Source of the DNA: an uncultured Acidobacteriota bacterium
GTDB lineage: Bacteria > Actinomycetota > Acidimicrobiia > Spongiisociales > ZC4RG35
NCBI GenBank assembly: GCA_963734115.1
Contig: CAVTFV010000008.1
Span: 367,537 to 431,536 of the forward strand
Direction of reading: 5' to 3'
Length of the DNA stretch: 64,000 nucleotides
This document shows positions 60,534-64,000 of the stretch, in pieces; position 1 is the stretch's first letter, and each line of letters opens with the position of its first letter. The position numbers and the translations under genes were made by a program. Below the pieces are notes generated by a model that saw nothing but the letters and a program-made list of their open reading frames with translations, did not search any database and was not told where the DNA came from.

Positions 60534-60980
60534 ATGCCCCGTGACTCCAGAGTGCAAGCTAGTTTCATAAGACTCGATCCGGAAGTGGAAATTCCCACGC
60601 GATCACATATCGGTGATGCGGCGGTAGATCTTCAGGCGAGATTTGAGGTGATCTTGGAACCGGGGGAGAGGGCCTCGGTCCCGACCGGGCTCGCAGTAGC
60701 TATCCCAGAGGGTTTCGCGGGCTTGGTCATACCCCGAAGCGGGCACGCTCAGCGTCTCGGTGTTGGTGTGGTCAACGGTCCCGGGCTGATCGACTCGGGG
60801 TACCGCGGCGAGGTTTCGGTGCTACTCATCAACCACGGATCCGAGAGGGTGAGCTTCGCCAAGGGAGAGCGCATCGCCCAGCTGGCGGTGGTTGCGGTCC
60901 CGGACGTCGAATGGATCGAGGTGGACAGACTGGATGAGACCTCGAGGGGTTCGGGCGGCTTCGGGTCGACCGGTTCGTGA
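60534..60980 (+). CDS. dut: dUTP diphosphatase
   Basis: AAVDL, IPRSG and GVVNGPGLIDSGYRGE dUTPase motifs; 148 aa. Confidence 0.85.
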   Translation: MPRDSRVQASFIRLDPEVEIPTRSHIGDAAVDLQARFEVILEPGERASVPTGLAVAIPEGFAGLVIPRSGHAQRLGVGVVNGPGLIDSGYRGEVSVLLINHGSERVSFAKGERIAQLAVVAVPDVEWIEVDRLDETSRGSGGFGSTGS

Positions 60981-61025
60981 TGACGTTTGGCTGGAATGAC
61001 CACCTAGTTAGAATGCGTTGCCCGT

Positions 61026-61099
61026 GCGGAAGTAGCTCAGTTGGCTAGAGCGCAACCTTGCCAAGGTTGAGGTCGCGGGTTCGAATCCCGTCTTCCGCT
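61026..61099 (+). tRNA. tRNA-Gly (anticodon GCC)
   Basis: GCGGAAG acceptor stem, cloverleaf with anticodon loop TTGCCAA, T-loop GTTCGAATC. Confidence 0.9.
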
Positions 61100-61125
61100 C
61101 CGACGATTCCCAGTCGTCCGGTCTC

Positions 61126-61199
61126 GGCGACGTGGCCGAGTGGTTAGGCGCGGGTCTGCAAAACCCGTCACACCGGTTCGATTCCGGTCGTCGCCTCCA
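61126..61199 (+). tRNA. tRNA-Cys (anticodon GCA), CCA encoded
   Basis: GGCGACG acceptor stem, anticodon loop CTGCAAA, T-loop GTTCGATTC. Confidence 0.9.
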
Positions 61200-61212
61200 A
61201 GGAGGAACAAGA

Positions 61213-61287
61213 GGGCCCTTAGCTCAGCCCGGCTAGAGCGCTTGCTCGACACGCAAGAGGTCACTGGTTCAAGTCCAGTAGGGCCCA
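61213..61287 (+). tRNA. tRNA-Val (anticodon GAC)
   Basis: GGGCCCT acceptor stem, anticodon loop TCGACAC, T-loop GTTCAAGTC. Confidence 0.9.
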
Positions 61288-61291
61288 CGAC

Positions 61292-61321
61292 AGAAAACCC
61301 CCGTTAAAGCGGGGGTTTTCT
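61292..61321 (+). terminator. Rho-independent terminator after the tRNA cluster
   Basis: GAAAACCCCCGTTAAAGCGGGGGTTTTCTC: a perfect GC-rich stem followed by a T-tract. Confidence 0.85.
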
Positions 61322-61397
61322 CATGAGAATACCTTCGGGATTTGTGGATCCGTTTCTTGGGTATTATCCCGCTCACACTCAATGCGAGGAGCAGACA

Positions 61398-61796
61398 ATG
61401 GCCATGTCCAAGGAGCACAAAGAGGCGCTGGCCCAGGGTCGCCTCGAAGCGCGTTCTGTCAAGGCTTATCTCGACGCCCTAGGCAGCAAAAAGCGGGGGC
61501 GCCCGGTGACGAAGGAGAGTCTGCAGAAGAAGCTCTCCACCATCGACTCGAAGATGAAGGACGAGCCCAATCCGCTGAAACGACTCGATCTGATGCAAAC
61601 GAGAGCAGACACCGAGAAAGCGTTGGGTGGCGTTGTGCACACCGTCGATCCAGAGGAATTGGCCGCCGGATTCATCTCCCACGCCAGGTCGTATTCCGAC
61701 CGAAAAGGGATCAGCTACAGCACATGGCGGCAGTTCGGTGTACCCGCAGAGGTTCTCAAGAAGGCCGGCATCCCCGCTACCAGGCGCCGCTCGTAG
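61398..61796 (+). CDS. Small basic hypothetical protein with AT-hook-like motif (KKRGRPV); putative DNA-binding protein
   Basis: ATG at 61398 with a GAGGAG RBS 6 nt upstream; 132 aa. The longer ORF-track start (61323) overlaps the terminator. Confidence 0.55.
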   Translation: MAMSKEHKEALAQGRLEARSVKAYLDALGSKKRGRPVTKESLQKKLSTIDSKMKDEPNPLKRLDLMQTRADTEKALGGVVHTVDPEELAAGFISHARSYSDRKGISYSTWRQFGVPAEVLKKAGIPATRRRS

Positions 61797-61797
61797 G

Positions 61798-62139
61798 TCA
61801 ATCCCAACCGAGCTCCTCGAGCCTTCTGTCGTCGATGCCGAGATGATGGGCCAGCTCGTGGAGCACGGTCCTTCGTATCTCCTCCTCCAGTTCAGCATCG
61901 CTGAGTCCCAGATCGAGATGCGGCTGACGGAAGACGATGATTCGGTCCGGTAGGGCGCCCCAGTAGTCCGCGGAGCGCTCCAAGAGCGAGACGCCCTCGT
62001 AGATGCCAAGGACGTCCCCCTGCTCGGCCGTGGGCCGTTCCTCGACCACAACGTGAAGGTTGTCCACCCGCTCCTTCACCCATGCCGGGAGGTCGTCGAG
62101 AGCACGATCGACTGCCGCGTCGAACTTGGCTTTGTTCAC
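61798..62139 (-). CDS. Zincin-like metallopeptidase family protein (HExxH; COG3824-like)
   Basis: HELAHHLG zinc-binding motif. Probable GTG start at 62139 (VNKAKFD...). The upstream part of the ORF (MSIVILW...) lies in lower-GC intergenic sequence. Confidence 0.6.
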   Translation of the reverse strand: MNKAKFDAAVDRALDDLPAWVKERVDNLHVVVEERPTAEQGDVLGIYEGVSLLERSADYWGALPDRIIVFRQPHLDLGLSDAELEEEIRRTVLHELAHHLGIDDRRLEELGWD

Positions 62140-62554
62140 GGTCGTACTCGAGGATGCACTCTTCAGCGCGGGCGCCAATGAACCCAGGCGGCAACTACCG
62201 AGATGAATGATGGGTACCACTCGTTGGCAATCAGACCACAATATGACGATAGACACCGAGCCTCATTACCAGGAATGCCTGCACACTGAGGAATGACGGA
62301 TACCACTCATTCGCAATCAGATCAATATCACTAGTCGCAATCGTCCTGGACCATCACCATGACATCACCGATGTCGAGGAGCCGGGGTTGGGGTGATGGG
62401 CTGTGGACCTCCGGGTCCGGAGAGCGTCGATGGCTCGTTGGTCATCATTCCCTCCTCGAGAAGCCCATTGCCGTCAACACTCTACGAAGGAGAGAAGTCG
62501 TTCGTCGGCTCGGGTTGTGTCGACCAGTCGGAGAGCTTGTATTCTTGGGCCCTC

Positions 62555-62631
62555 GGGCGATTAGCTCAGTTGGCTAGAGCGCGCGCCTCACACGCGCGAG
62601 GTCACTGGTTCAAGTCCAGTATCGCCCACCA
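62555..62631 (+). tRNA. tRNA-Val (anticodon CAC), CCA encoded
   Basis: GGGCGAT acceptor stem, anticodon loop CTCACAC. Its 3' half (GAGGTCACTGGTTCAAGTCCAGTA) is identical to that of tRNA-Val(GAC) at 61213. Confidence 0.9.
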
Positions 62632-62656
62632 GAATCTCCGAGAACACCCACCCGGC

Positions 62657-63940
62657 TCATGTGACCGTTACCTCTGGGACGTCGGAGTCGGTGGGTACGC
62701 CCCTCTCGACGATCGTCCTTATCCGTTGGACCGCAGTGTGGACATCGAGGTGGCTGTTGTAGAGCGGGGCGAGACCGAACCTGAGATTGTCAGGGGCACG
62801 GAAGTCGGGGATCACCTTGCCGTCTTCGATCAGGGCGCGGTCGATCGGCCAGGCGTCTCGGTGGGACAGGGAGACGTGCGAGCCTCGCCTCGTCGCGTCG
62901 CGTGGGGTACGGAGCTCGAAGCCCAGCCGCTCCAGATGCTCCTCCCACTGCTTGATGAAGTATGCAGTCAGTGAGACCGACTTCGCTCTGAGAGGAGCGA
63001 TGCCGGCCTCCTCCACATCGGTGAGCCCGGCGTCGATGGTGGCAAGGGAGATCACCGGCATGGTGCCGCTGTGAAACTTCCTGATCCCGCCCGTGGGCCG
63101 GAATTCGAGATCGAAGTCGAATGGGTTCGCATGCCCCCACCAGCCGGTGATCGGGTTCTCGAGGGATGCCTGCAGGGCTCTCCTTACGTACAGGAAGGCG
63201 GGCGACCCGGGGCCCCCGTTCAGGTACTTGTAGGTGCAGCCGACTGCCAGGTCGACGCCCGCGCCTTCCAGGTCGATCGGAACCACACCAACGGAATGAC
63301 TCAGATCCCACATCACCAGTGCTCCCATTTCGTGGGGCAGCTCGGTCACCCGGGCGACGTCATAGGTGTAGCCCGATTTGAAGGCTGTGTGAGACAGCGA
63401 GACGAGGGCGGTCCTCCCGTCCACCGCAGCTTCGAGAGCCGCCACCGGGTCGGGCACGCCTTCGGTGCCGATGACGTCCATCGTCGCCCCGTTTGCCTCT
63501 GCGACTCCACGTAGCACATAGACATCGGTGGGGAAATTGGTGTCGTCGGTGACGATCCGGTCCCGACCCGGCCGCGCTCCCAGTGCCGCCGTGGCCAGCT
63601 TGTAGAGGTTCACAGAGGTCGAATCCGAGATGATGACCTCTCCGGGATTTGCTCCGATCAGTGAGGCCAGCCGGTTCCCGATGTCCAGCTGCAAGTCCCA
63701 CCAACCTTCGTTCCAGGATCTGATCAGACGTTCTCCCCACTCATGACGAACGACCCGATCCACCATCGCCATTGCCGCCGAAGGCAGCCGGCCGAGGGAG
63801 TTCCCGTCGAGGTAGATGAGGTCCGGGTCGGAGAAGACATACCGCTCCTTGAACGAGGCAAGGGGGTCGGAGCGGTCGAGCTCAACTGCCTCGTCGAAGC
63901 CGGATATCGAAGGGAACGGGCCGAGATCGACAGTGTCCAT
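62657..63940 (-). CDS. kynU: Kynureninase (PLP-dependent)
   Basis: 427 aa, aminotransferase class V fold. The kynureninase-type N-terminus (FxxPxxxxIYLDGNSLG) and a PLP-lysine region (CTYKYLNGGPGSPA) are both present. Confidence 0.85.
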   Translation of the reverse strand: MDTVDLGPFPSISGFDEAVELDRSDPLASFKERYVFSDPDLIYLDGNSLGRLPSAAMAMVDRVVRHEWGERLIRSWNEGWWDLQLDIGNRLASLIGANPGEVIISDSTSVNLYKLATAALGARPGRDRIVTDDTNFPTDVYVLRGVAEANGATMDVIGTEGVPDPVAALEAAVDGRTALVSLSHTAFKSGYTYDVARVTELPHEMGALVMWDLSHSVGVVPIDLEGAGVDLAVGCTYKYLNGGPGSPAFLYVRRALQASLENPITGWWGHANPFDFDLEFRPTGGIRKFHSGTMPVISLATIDAGLTDVEEAGIAPLRAKSVSLTAYFIKQWEEHLERLGFELRTPRDATRRGSHVSLSHRDAWPIDRALIEDGKVIPDFRAPDNLRFGLAPLYNSHLDVHTAVQRIRTIVERGVPTDSDVPEVTVT

Positions 63941-64000
63941 CTCTCTCAGGCTACGGACCGGGTCGCACCATCCTCATACGCTCACGCTGTGTCCGAGATT

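Overview
This 64 kb window is high-GC (about 65-70 %) and compactly coded, and looks like a chromosomal segment of an actinobacterium (Actinomycetota). PafBC/RecA-NDp-like promoters, a lexA-LysM-nrdR arrangement, a RamB-aceB-aceA locus, F420 biosynthesis genes and RNase Y point to a non-mycobacterial lineage such as Acidimicrobiia, but that placement is a guess. The coding sense alternates in blocks and is almost entirely housekeeping:
- F420 biosynthesis (cofG/cofH), flanked by a flavin reductase and an SDR.
- The Lhr helicase.
- A SAM-I riboswitch controlling metY.
- A zur/znuABC zinc-uptake locus with a Zur box.
- dapA-rnj, ftsK, and a 2-oxo-acid dehydrogenase E1alpha/E1beta/E2 operon.
- A ramB/aceB/aceA glyoxylate-shunt locus.
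- rimO-cinA-thpR-recA, then rny-miaB-miaA-dapF.
- lexA, a LysM protein and nrdR with SOS boxes; dut; four tRNAs (Gly, Cys, two Val); kynureninase.

The items I think most deserve a second look are:
1. An AhpD/CMD-family gene with an in-frame TGA exactly at the second Cys of the C-x-x-C-x3-H motif, followed by a hairpin. This is a candidate selenoprotein with a SECIS element.
2. A cobT-like/cobS-like (VWA + MoxR-type AAA+) pair with a degenerate Walker A, in an apparent operon with an extended LOG/PpnN-like nucleotide nucleosidase and no cobN nearby.
3. A P-loop kinase fused in-frame to an F420-type LLM oxidoreductase.
4. A CofH carrying an N-terminal extension of about 250 aa, translationally coupled to cofG (ATGA).
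5. A recurring pattern of single-base +1 insertions splitting at least seven otherwise conserved genes (btpA, a GH-like lipoprotein gene, an LLM oxidoreductase gene, znuC, cinA, lexA, possibly ftsK). This pattern is most consistent with sequence error.

No CRISPR arrays, transposases or integrases were seen.
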